Shown: positions 30,940 through 38,976, counted from the stretch's first letter. The stretch: 64,000 nucleotides of DNA from a virus (IMGVR_UViG_3300003375_000020:1-64000); one strand, 5' to 3'. Numbers and translations: made by a program. The notes: a model not told the origin generated them from the letters alone.

Positions 30940-31570
30940 TAACGCAACAGAAGCATTCGAATGGTTATTTCATCACATAGATATAGCTGGAGAAAGTTTC
31001 GCAGGCACAAAAGCAGTATTTAATCAATCTTTCATTTTATTAGATCCTCAAGATAAAATCATTACTACTCCTGAAAGAAAGTTCAATTTAGAATACGCAG
31101 AGTTTGAATGGAATTGGTATTTAAAAGGCAATCGCGATGCATCAGAAATTGCAGAAAGAGCAAAGATATGGAAACAGATGATGATTCCTGGCACCACAGA
31201 AGTCAATTCTAATTACGGATATTTTTGGAATTATAACGATCAACTAAAAAGAGTCGTAGAAGATCTTAAATCTAATCCAGAAACAAGAAGAGCAATCGTA
31301 GTACATTATTTGCCACACGAAATAGATCGGTACAAATACGATACTCCTTGCAACGATGTATTAAATTTCTACATTAGAAATAATAGATTAGATCTAACAG
31401 TATTCGCAAGAAGCATAGATTTAGTTTTTGGTTTTTGTAATGACCAATTTACTTTTGCAAAATTAATGGAGAAAGTAGCTTATGAATTAAAAATCCCGGT
31501 TGGAGAAATGAATTGGCTGATTACCAATCTCCATGTATACCCAAGACATTATAACTTACTAGAAAAATAA
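30929..31570 (+). CDS. Thymidylate-synthase-family enzyme, dCMP hydroxymethylase type (T4 gp42-like)
   Basis: Catalytic Cys in TPCN; RSIDLVFGFCND has Asp at the nucleotide-specificity position, as in T4 gp42 GFRND. Confidence 0.75.
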   Translation: MNFSNATEAFEWLFHHIDIAGESFAGTKAVFNQSFILLDPQDKIITTPERKFNLEYAEFEWNWYLKGNRDASEIAERAKIWKQMMIPGTTEVNSNYGYFWNYNDQLKRVVEDLKSNPETRRAIVVHYLPHEIDRYKYDTPCNDVLNFYIRNNRLDLTVFARSIDLVFGFCNDQFTFAKLMEKVAYELKIPVGEMNWLITNLHVYPRHYNLLEK

Positions 31571-31620
31571 ATTTTTTTAGCATACTATTATTGAGTATAT
31601 TTAACATATAAATAAAAGTT

Positions 31621-32079
31621 ATGCAAGCATTCTGCGACCGAGAATTTCTCGAAGATCAATTATCACGTCTTACCCAAAAGAGTTACAATAAATTTCATTG
31701 GTGGCGCAGATACGAAATTAGAAAAGAACTAGACAAAAAAACTCCCCTTTACGAAAAGATTAGAAATGGTGATTACGATCATTCTGATTACCTTTATCAA
31801 ATGGAACACGAATTCTATTTGATGAAGGATAAACTAGTTGGTATTATCTATCCTGATGAGAGACATGATATTACTGGACTTTGTTTAGAACGTGCAAGAA
31901 GATTAAACGAAGATTATCAAAAGCACGAAAAGGAGCTCATGGCTAAGATCTATTCTGACTTTCGTAAAACATTCAACATTCAAAAAGAAGAACTAACCAA
32001 GATAATGGAAGACTTCGATGGCACACTATTGGACTTATACGATCACGTTAAAAAACTAAGTAAACATGAAAAAATATAG
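31621..32079 (+). CDS. Hypothetical protein
   Basis: 152-aa ORF. Confidence 0.55.
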   Translation: MQAFCDREFLEDQLSRLTQKSYNKFHWWRRYEIRKELDKKTPLYEKIRNGDYDHSDYLYQMEHEFYLMKDKLVGIIYPDERHDITGLCLERARRLNEDYQKHEKELMAKIYSDFRKTFNIQKEELTKIMEDFDGTLLDLYDHVKKLSKHEKI

Positions 32080-32650
32080 CAAATTAATTGTGCCCAAAGA
32101 TTCTGCGTGGGACAATACTAGATTTCAATGGGGAAGATATGTTAATTGGAGAATTAGATATTTTTTTCAAGGAGTTTGGAACATTATTAGATGGATCCCA
32201 ACAATATACAAAGATAAAGATTGGGATGATGCTTTCATTCTTATGATCTTACAAAAGAAGATAGAACACCAAAGAGCAGAATTGGTAAATGCTAATAGGC
32301 ACACTGATATCGACAATGATAATTTTTGGATGACAGTGGTTCTTAATTTGATAGACAAGGAACTTAACAGTTATTACGAAACGGAAAAATATAATTTTTG
32401 TAAAATTGAAGATAGTTTCGGTGAGCCTGATCAATACGGATCAAGAGAATGGAACATGATACTTACTGAAAATCGTTTGGATGAATATCTAAATTTATAT
32501 CCATCTGCTACAAGAAAAGTGATAAAAAAACACGGTAGAGAAAATGATACTGATTATCTTTCTTTATGTGTATGCATTTATAATCAAAGAAGGTGCAGAG
32601 ATTTAATATTTGAAATTTTAAAACAAAAATCAGCCAATTGGTGGGATTAA
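32066..32650 (+). CDS. Hypothetical protein
   Basis: 194-aa ORF ending in WWD. Confidence 0.55.
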   Translation: MKKYSKLIVPKDSAWDNTRFQWGRYVNWRIRYFFQGVWNIIRWIPTIYKDKDWDDAFILMILQKKIEHQRAELVNANRHTDIDNDNFWMTVVLNLIDKELNSYYETEKYNFCKIEDSFGEPDQYGSREWNMILTENRLDEYLNLYPSATRKVIKKHGRENDTDYLSLCVCIYNQRRCRDLIFEILKQKSANWWD

Positions 32651-32841
32651 AAAATAAGTTATGAAAAAAGAAATCAAAAAAGGAAATCTAAATTACGACG
32701 GATCAGGTAGAGCATACCCCGATAATCCACAAATAAAAAAATTGGAGTTGTATTTGGGAAAATAATGGTAAGTACGAAAACTATCAATCACACCCAGCAA
32801 TTAAAGCACAATTATCTAATTAGGACATATTTATATGTACT

Positions 32842-33093
32842 ATGATAAGATTTGCTAGACATAATAACAAAGACTATGTGATAGTAGATACCAATTTCAT
32901 AATTAATGAATGTGACGAGACCATTGAAGTACCAATTCATATTAGAGTAGATACAACAAATATATCCAAAGATCAAAATTCGTTAGTATTTAAAAAAGCA
33001 GCATTGCTTTTTAATAGATCAATCATAATTAAAAAACAATTAAATAATACGCCAGAAAAATCATGGTGGAATAAAATTTTTAAAAACAATTAA
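32842..33093 (+). CDS. Hypothetical protein
   Basis: 83-aa ORF after TATTTATA. Confidence 0.45.
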   Translation: MIRFARHNNKDYVIVDTNFIINECDETIEVPIHIRVDTTNISKDQNSLVFKKAALLFNRSIIIKKQLNNTPEKSWWNKIFKNN

Positions 33094-33095
33094 GT

Positions 33096-33356
33096 ATGTC
33101 AGTGTTATATTTTTCGGCCACTTGGTGTGGTCCTTGTCGGTCATTTAAACCACTATTACAACAAACTTCAGCAGAACTGGGAATTCCAATAAGTTACATA
33201 GATGTAGACGCAAATGGATCTATGGCTCAAAAATACAACGTTAGTTCAGTACCAACATTATTAATAACAGACACAACAGGAAACGTAGTAAAACGCCAGA
33301 TTGGAGCTAGTTCAGGAAAACACGCACTTATACAATTTCTTTCTAGTGCTAAATAA
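33096..33356 (+). CDS. trxA: Thioredoxin
   Basis: WCGPC active site; VPTL cis-Pro loop. Confidence 0.92.
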   Translation: MSVLYFSATWCGPCRSFKPLLQQTSAELGIPISYIDVDANGSMAQKYNVSSVPTLLITDTTGNVVKRQIGASSGKHALIQFLSSAK

Positions 33357-33412
33357 CTGTATATTTATATAAGACACAATATTACTAACCATAAAGGTTT
33401 ATATGAACGCCG

Positions 33413-33625
33413 ATGACTATAAAACAACTAAATATCCTAAAAGAGATATCACTTATGTTGGCCATGTTCTTCTTGCCATTTGGTTACGATGCCTTATTCA
33501 AATGGATTATGGATATAACTGGTTCATATTGGATCGCAGATATCGTTTTTTATTGTATTTCGGGTCTTTTCTTTACATTTTATATTTTCTCAAAATGGCT
33601 TTTAAATAAAAGATCTACAAATTAA
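33413..33625 (+). CDS. Small two-TM membrane protein
   Basis: Two hydrophobic segments. Confidence 0.5.
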   Translation: MTIKQLNILKEISLMLAMFFLPFGYDALFKWIMDITGSYWIADIVFYCISGLFFTFYIFSKWLLNKRSTN

Positions 33626-33648
33626 GATATTTATATAAAACTATTTAT

Positions 33649-33873
33649 ATGCAATTTGGTATTAAACAATATTGGAGTCCTACTCCAAAGTCTGTAAGAA
33701 AAGTAGCAGATTCTTTATCTGCAGCAGCAATCGCTGTAGGTGCATTTTCATTTGTTAGTGATAATAAAACAGTAGCAGTAGCCGTTTTAATAATGGCAGG
33801 AATTGGAAAATTTATTTCTAATTTATTTGCAGAAGATCCAACTACTATTACTACTGATAGTACTACCAAATAA
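33649..33873 (+). CDS. Holin-like two-TM membrane protein
   Basis: YWSPTPK..RKVAD followed by two hydrophobic helices; preceded by TATTTATA. Confidence 0.45.
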   Translation: MQFGIKQYWSPTPKSVRKVADSLSAAAIAVGAFSFVSDNKTVAVAVLIMAGIGKFISNLFAEDPTTITTDSTTK

Positions 33874-33934
33874 TCATTAAACGGAGCTCCTTTTAGTTAA
33901 AGTTTATATACAATTTAAATACGCAAAATAAATC

Positions 33935-34276
33935 ATGATAAATTTACAAGATTTATTAAAAGAGGAGTTAGAAAAGAGTGAAACTTTTTTAGAATTTTCT
34001 GGTAAAAGATTGAAGGGCGCTACAAAAATAGCAGAAGACGCAAAGAAAAAAGGTGGTCCTTCTATGTTAACTTACCAACATTTTTCTGTAAAATTGCCGT
34101 ACTATAAAAAAGCAGAATCAGGAAAACTTGATATAGAAATAGCAAAAAAAGAGTACGAAAAATTAATTAAAGAATTGTCAAAAACTTCTAAAAATATAAA
34201 ACTCACTCAAACTGAATTTCAGAAATTGGTAGGTAGAATAGAAGTATTGGGAGAATTAATCATTAAAAGTAAATAA
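33935..34276 (+). CDS. Hypothetical protein
   Basis: 113-aa ORF. Confidence 0.5.
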   Translation: MINLQDLLKEELEKSETFLEFSGKRLKGATKIAEDAKKKGGPSMLTYQHFSVKLPYYKKAESGKLDIEIAKKEYEKLIKELSKTSKNIKLTQTEFQKLVGRIEVLGELIIKSK

Positions 34277-34277
34277 C

Positions 34278-34559
34278 ATGAAAAAGATTTTATTTTTATT
34301 ATTTGTAATCTTATTTATTGGATGCGATATGCCTTATAAAATTATTGAAACTTATAAAACAGATACTAACGGAATTACTACAAAAACCGTAGAAAAAATT
34401 TATAGCTCAGGAGAAACATCTATACAAAGTACTATAGTATTAGGATACGATCCATTTTTATTTCCAAGACCTTATTATTTCGGTAGACCATATTATGGTC
34501 CTAGACCAATAATGGTAACACCTACGCCACGAATATACTCTCCAAGAGGAAAACACTAA
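34278..34559 (+). CDS. Putative lipoprotein
   Basis: Signal peptide with lipobox FIGC; Pro/Tyr/Arg-rich tail. Confidence 0.55.
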   Translation: MKKILFLLFVILFIGCDMPYKIIETYKTDTNGITTKTVEKIYSSGETSIQSTIVLGYDPFLFPRPYYFGRPYYGPRPIMVTPTPRIYSPRGKH

Positions 34560-34575
34560 TCTGATATTTATAGGT

Positions 34576-35094
34576 GTGAAAACATTATACGCATTCGACT
34601 TGGATGATACGCTAATAACTTCTAAATCATTAGTGATTGTTAGAAATAATACTACGGGAAAGACTAAAAAATTGAATGCTGCGCAATATGCTACGTACGA
34701 ACCAAAATTGGGAGATAAAGTAGATTTCAGCCAATTCGACAATTTGAATGATCCAGAGATCATAAAAAAGAATTTTGATCTTTTCTCACAGATATTAAAA
34801 AAGACAGTTACATTAAAGAACTCGAAAACTATTATCTTAACAGCAAGGACACCTAAAATAAAGAGCGATGTGTACTCTTTACTTAAATCTAAAGGTTTAC
34901 CATCTTTAAAAATACACGCTGTAGAGAGCTCAGATCCCATGGCTAAAGTAAACATTATCCAGCAATATATAGACTCAGGATATGATCGGGTGCGTTTTTA
35001 TGACGATTCCCCAAAGAACATACAGGCCGTGAATGCGATGAAGAAAGAAAATCCCAGTGTAAATCTTACCTCAAAATTGATATCATCTCACTAA
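34576..35094 (+). CDS. HAD-family phosphatase (RNA-repair/PNK-phosphatase-like)
   Basis: AFDLDDTL, ILTAR and FYDDSPKN motifs; GTG start. Confidence 0.75.
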   Translation: MKTLYAFDLDDTLITSKSLVIVRNNTTGKTKKLNAAQYATYEPKLGDKVDFSQFDNLNDPEIIKKNFDLFSQILKKTVTLKNSKTIILTARTPKIKSDVYSLLKSKGLPSLKIHAVESSDPMAKVNIIQQYIDSGYDRVRFYDDSPKNIQAVNAMKKENPSVNLTSKLISSH

Positions 35095-35168
35095 AAATGT
35101 ATATTTCTCTATCTCAAAAAAGAGTCTTATATTTATATCCTATTAATTATTAATCAAAACAAATAGTC

Positions 35169-35351
35169 ATGAAAAAAGTAGTATTAGCGCTTGCTTTCGT
35201 AGTAGTTTTAATTTCTTGTGGAAGCAATACCAATACTGGTTCTACAACAACAGTAGATACCACAAAAAAAGTAGTAGATACAGTTAAAGTAGACACAACC
35301 TTAAATCCATCCCAAAGTGGCGGTGGAAAATTAAATCAGCCATTGAAGTAA
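35169..35351 (+). CDS. Small lipoprotein
   Basis: MKK signal with LISC lipobox; VDT repeats typical of Bacteroidota. Confidence 0.6.
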   Translation: MKKVVLALAFVVVLISCGSNTNTGSTTTVDTTKKVVDTVKVDTTLNPSQSGGGKLNQPLK

Positions 35352-35433
35352 GCTGACCCCAGCGTCAGAGAGTCTGTCTGCTAAGACTACGTATTTCGAA
35401 AGGTCTTTTATTATATATTTATTATAACATAAC

Positions 35434-35931
35434 GGGGATGCCAGGCATTTGATCTAGATGCGAATGGTAGTATCACATGCAAGACGAGAGAGCGTCAAAA
35501 AACTCTTGAAAAATAAACGCAAACAAAACTGCAAACTTCGACTTCGCAAACAACGTTATCAACATGGCATTTGCTAATGCTCCTGTTGCTTTAGCAGCTT
35601 AGTCTACGGGTTGGTAACTGACCTAGGAACATAATAGTTACAAATCGTGTGAAGACGAGGCGGACTTTGGCCCGTAATTTTAGAGCTTACACAGTAGTAT
35701 GCCAATGCTACAAGTTCTTGGACTTAAACCAAGTGGTGGATTCAAAACTCGTATACCAATACGACCCGTACTAATCAGTTATTGAGCGAAGCATCGGAAC
35801 AGGAACGATAAGATCACACGTAGCCTGATGATAGCAGATTAACTCTTGTCACTGTGTACAGTATGACTAAGCATGTAAGTACGGTATTATGATTACTTTT
35901 AGAGACGTCGGTTCGAATCCGACCATCTCCA
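35434..35931 (+). ncRNA. ssrA: tmRNA
   Basis: GGGGATG / CATCTCC-A acceptor stem with G3:U70; T-arm GTCGG-TTCGAAT-CCGAC; tag ORF 35519-35602 ANKTANFDFANNVINMAFANAPVALAA*. Confidence 0.93.
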
Positions 35932-35977
35932 CTGTCACTTTTTTGTACCTTGAGCATATTTATAATAAACTATAGAT

Positions 35978-36583
35978 ATGCCAAGAGTACAACATAAATA
36001 TCATTTTATATATAAAACTACTAATTTAAAAAATGGTAAATTTTATATAGGAATGCATTCAACTTCTAATTTAGATGATGGATATTTGGGTTCTGGAGAT
36101 AAATTAAGAAGATCTATAAGAAAATACGGAAAAGAAAATTTTAAATTAGAAATTTTAGAGTATTTTGAAAATAGAGAGTTATTATCTAAAAGAGAAAAAG
36201 AATTAATTAATGAAGATGTATTGAAAGATCCAATGTGCATGAATTTAAAAGTTGGTGGAGAAGGTGGATGGCATGTATATGCTAATAAAGCATTTAAAGA
36301 AAAATTAAAAGATATAAAATATAAAGAAAATTTTTCTAGAATATGTATAGAAAGAAATAAAAAATGTTTTGAACTAGGTATTATTAAATCCTGGAATAAA
36401 ACATATGATTGGACTGATAAGTATCATACACCAGAGACCATTAAAAAAATGAAAAATTCTAAAATAGGTCATGGTAAAGGAGAATTGAATTCTCAGTTTG
36501 GAACTTTTTGGATAACTGATGGAAAGTATAATAAAAAAACAAAATATGAAATTCCTGAAGGGTGGTACAAAGGTCGCGTATAA
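35978..36583 (+). mobile_element. Free-standing Seg-like GIY-YIG homing endonuclease
   Basis: FIYKTTNLKNGKFYIGMH, YLGSG and YNLKVGGEG-like motifs; NUMOD3-like HTPETIKKM. Confidence 0.85.
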
Positions 36584-36592
36584 AAATTCTTT

Positions 36593-36658
36593 ATTGATTA
36601 TCAACTAGTTATGGTAATTGGAAACCAACTAGTTATGCTTAACTGGTTGATAACCAAT
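36593..36658. repeat. 18-bp imperfect inverted repeat
   Basis: ATTGATTATCAACTAGTT (36593-36610) vs AACTGGTTGATAACCAAT (36641-36658). Confidence 0.6.
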
Positions 36659-36762
36659 ACTGAGACTTTAAAAATAAATTTTTTTATATCAAAAATTAGT
36701 AGTAAGTTTACTATATCACAATTACAAAAAGCGTTTTATTATAAATGCACATAATTATTAGC

Positions 36763-36906
36763 ATGAAACAACATTTATTACATACAGCGACATGGCAAAT
36801 AGAACGTAGACATACGTTATCCCTAGGCTATTGTTTTATGTCGATTAATGATGTGCAAGGAAAACCTAGTAATTCACCGGGGCTTAATGATACAAATTGG
36901 GGATGA
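36763..36906 (+). CDS. Candidate attenuator leader peptide (47 aa, not in ORF track)
   Basis: MKQHLLHTATWQIERRHTLSLGYCFMSINDVQGKPSNSPGLNDTNWG*; all 20 amino acids; overlaps the antiterminator arm. Confidence 0.7.
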   Translation: MKQHLLHTATWQIERRHTLSLGYCFMSINDVQGKPSNSPGLNDTNWG

Positions 36907-36940
36907 AAAATCTCTAAATAAAAATCAAAAATTAAGCCTC
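36879..36940 (+). promoter_or_regulatory. Antiterminator helix
   Basis: GGGGCTTAAT (36879-36888) pairs over 10 bp with ATTAAGCCTC (36931-36940), which overlaps the terminator 5' arm. Confidence 0.7.
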
Positions 36941-36970
36941 AACTCAAAAAAAGTTGAGGTTTTTTATTTT
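36934..36970 (+). terminator. Intrinsic terminator immediately upstream of the tRNA array
   Basis: CCTCAACT / AGTTGAGG stem, 7-nt loop, long T-run; first tRNA starts at 36972. Confidence 0.85.
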
Positions 36971-36971
36971 T

Positions 36972-37043
36972 GGTAACATAGCTGAGATGGATTAGCGTAA
37001 GTCTGAAAAACTTGAGGACTCAGCTCGGAACTGAGAAGTACCA
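36972..37043 (+). pseudogene. Degenerate tRNA-Phe(GAA)
   Basis: D and anticodon arms intact; T-loop CTCGGAA; only 4 acceptor pairs. Confidence 0.6.
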
Positions 37044-37059
37044 CATAAATAAAGCATAA

Positions 37060-37200
37060 ATGACAAATAAACAAATTGAAGAACAAATAGCAATTATTAA
37101 AAAAGTTACAGCTGAAGCTTGTAAAAGCAAAAAAACAGCTAGAAAGTTTTTAACAGATGCAGGAATAATAAAAACAAATATGAAGAAAAATAAAAGATGA
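37060..37200 (+). CDS. Small basic protein (not in ORF track)
   Basis: 46 aa MTNKQIEEQIAIIKK...KNKR. Confidence 0.45.
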   Translation: MTNKQIEEQIAIIKKVTAEACKSKKTARKFLTDAGIIKTNMKKNKR

Positions 37201-37228
37201 AGATCTCTCTGAAGCAGGAGGGACATAT

Positions 37229-37302
37229 TCCCTCTTAGCTCAATTGGTAGATGTACGTGGCTTTTAACCATGGGGTTGTGAGTTCGAATCTCACAGGGGG
37301 CA
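37229..37302 (+). tRNA. tRNA-Lys(TTT), imperfect D stem and 1:72 mismatch
   Basis: CGTGG-CTTTTAA-CCATG; GTGAG-TTCGAAT-CTCAC. Confidence 0.7.
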
Positions 37303-37323
37303 CATAAAAATAAAATAAATAGT

Positions 37324-37548
37324 ATGTCAATTTACGCAACAAATTACATAATTGATGAAGAAACACGTGAACCAAAACTTGTTAAACATTTAAATCAAAC
37401 AAGAATTGATAGAGGTACCGCAAAAAGACCACCTGGAAAGTGGAATAAAAATGGTGCTAATCAAAAAGAAAGAAAACGTTGGAGTAAAGGAGATTCAAAA
37501 AAAGAATTTAAATTAGACAAAATGAAAAAAGACTTTGAAGGATTGTAA
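37324..37548 (+). CDS. Small basic hypothetical protein inside the tRNA array
   Basis: 74-aa K/R-rich ORF. Confidence 0.5.
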   Translation: MSIYATNYIIDEETREPKLVKHLNQTRIDRGTAKRPPGKWNKNGANQKERKRWSKGDSKKEFKLDKMKKDFEGL

Positions 37549-37567
37549 GGACTAAAACCTTACAACA

Positions 37568-37879
37568 ATGACAAACACAAGAGAATATCGTACAACAACA
37601 AACAGAAGTGTTTATAACAAACTGTATAAAGAATATAATGCTCACTGTTCTTACTGCAAATGGCATGGACCATCATCTGAAAATGATAGATATAAATGTT
37701 ATTATATAAGAGAATGGAATAATAAAAAGAAAGCTAAATATCCTAACTGGAAATTAGTATCAAAAAATCAAAAACAGTGGATGAAAAAACCATTGATTTT
37801 TAAATCAAGTATTAATCCATACAGTCCTTGGACTTATTGGATTGATATTGAATGGCCTAGTAAAATTAGACCAAAATAG
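37568..37879 (+). CDS. Basic, aromatic-rich hypothetical protein with CxxC..H
   Basis: 103 aa; CSYCKWH. Confidence 0.5.
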   Translation: MTNTREYRTTTNRSVYNKLYKEYNAHCSYCKWHGPSSENDRYKCYYIREWNNKKKAKYPNWKLVSKNQKQWMKKPLIFKSSINPYSPWTYWIDIEWPSKIRPK

Positions 37880-37885
37880 AAAAAC

Positions 37886-37954
37886 GTCGAGTTGGTGCAA
37901 TGGTAGCATACCTGATTCCAAACCAGTTGATGAGGGTTCGAATCCTACGGTGGG
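37886..37954 (+). pseudogene. Degenerate tRNA-Trp(CCA)
   Basis: TTCCAAA loop and TTCGAAT T-loop; several stem mismatches. Confidence 0.55.
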
Positions 37955-37962
37955 TGCAAAAT

Positions 37963-38034
37963 AGACTTGTAGTTTAACGGATAGAATGATTGGCTACGGA
38001 CCAATTGGTGGGAGTTCGATTCTCTCCAAGTCTA
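37963..38034 (+). tRNA. tRNA-Arg(ACG)
   Basis: AGACTTG / CAAGTCT acceptor; ATTGG-CTACGGA-CCAAT. Confidence 0.9.
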
Positions 38035-38060
38035 CAATTAAAAAATTAAAAATTAAAGTT

Positions 38061-38603
38061 ATGAGAAAGAAAATTATTTTTATTGATGTTGATGGGCCAT
38101 TGGCTTGGGCAACATGGTACGATGGTAAAGTGAAGATAAACGAAAATACTATGAATGAGTTTACAATACCTTACCCATTAGTAAAAGAGGATTGTGAAGC
38201 ATTGCAAGAAATTTGTGACAAGACTAATGCAGAATTAGTATTATCATCAGATTGGAAGTTACACTTTACTCTTAGACAAATGAGTGATACATTTATTGAG
38301 TTTGGTATTCATGCTCCATTGATTGATATCACAACACATATGAGTAGTAGAAAGCTGGGAATTTGGAATAAGATGAGTAATCCATCCTTAGAGTTTGAAA
38401 GAGCACATCAGATTGTAAAATGGGTTAAAGATAATAAGATTAGTAACTGGATTGCAATTGATGATATGAAATTAAGTGCAGAGTTCAAATGGATGAAACA
38501 TCGTATCCCAATGTGGAGGCATGTACAAGTTGATGGAGATTTTGGACGTGGTGGAAGATTGAGAGATAAGGTAGATGAATGTATTAATAAACTAAACCGA
38601 TAA
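38061..38603 (+). CDS. HAD domain protein of the Swiss-Army-knife RNA-repair type
   Basis: FIDVDG, VLSSDW and WIAIDD motifs; ATG 38061 used because the longer ORF overlaps tRNA-Arg. Confidence 0.75.
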   Translation: MRKKIIFIDVDGPLAWATWYDGKVKINENTMNEFTIPYPLVKEDCEALQEICDKTNAELVLSSDWKLHFTLRQMSDTFIEFGIHAPLIDITTHMSSRKLGIWNKMSNPSLEFERAHQIVKWVKDNKISNWIAIDDMKLSAEFKWMKHRIPMWRHVQVDGDFGRGGRLRDKVDECINKLNR

Positions 38604-38676
38604 GGCGAGTTGTCCGAGTGGATAAAGGCACAGCACTGCAAACGCTGTTACGTGAGTTCAATTCTCACCTTAACCT
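38604..38676 (+). pseudogene. Degenerate tRNA-Cys(GCA)
   Basis: CTGCAAA loop; T arm intact; 3 acceptor mismatches. Confidence 0.6.
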
Positions 38677-38705
38677 CTTTTGGATCTTTGACATATGGAA
38701 TTTAT

Positions 38706-38781
38706 CGAGATGTGGACCAATTGGCTAGGTCGCTTCATTTGGGATGAAGACATCGTGCAAGTTCGACCCTTGTCATCTCGA
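38706..38781 (+). tRNA. tRNA-Pro(TGG)
   Basis: CGAGATG / CATCTCG; CTTCA-TTTGGGA-TGAAG. Confidence 0.9.
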
Positions 38782-38872
38782 CTAAAGCTAATTTAATTCT
38801 TTTATCCCTGCTTGGAGTAAAAGTATGAAATAAACATAGTGCTTTATAACATAAAAGATAGAATTAGTATTT

Positions 38873-38947
38873 GGGGAGTCATGTACCAAGGCTTGGCGAT
38901 GCTGCTTTGCAAGCAGCGTGTGGACGGTTCGATACCGTTACTCTCCA
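38873..38947 (+). tRNA. tRNA-Ala(TGC)
   Basis: GGGGAGT / ACTCTCC with G3:U70; GCTGC-TTTGCAA-GCAGC. Confidence 0.85.
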
Positions 38948-38976
38948 CTATAGGGTGTAATTATACCTACAACAAA

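Noticed and set aside
30929-31570. Ordinary thyA
   Set aside because: Asp rather than Asn at the specificity position points to dCMP as substrate.
32661-32823. Small ORF possibly broken by one extra A in TGGGAAAAATAA
   Set aside because: 34 codons then a stop. A frameshift or homopolymer error cannot be distinguished from a genuine short ORF without reads.
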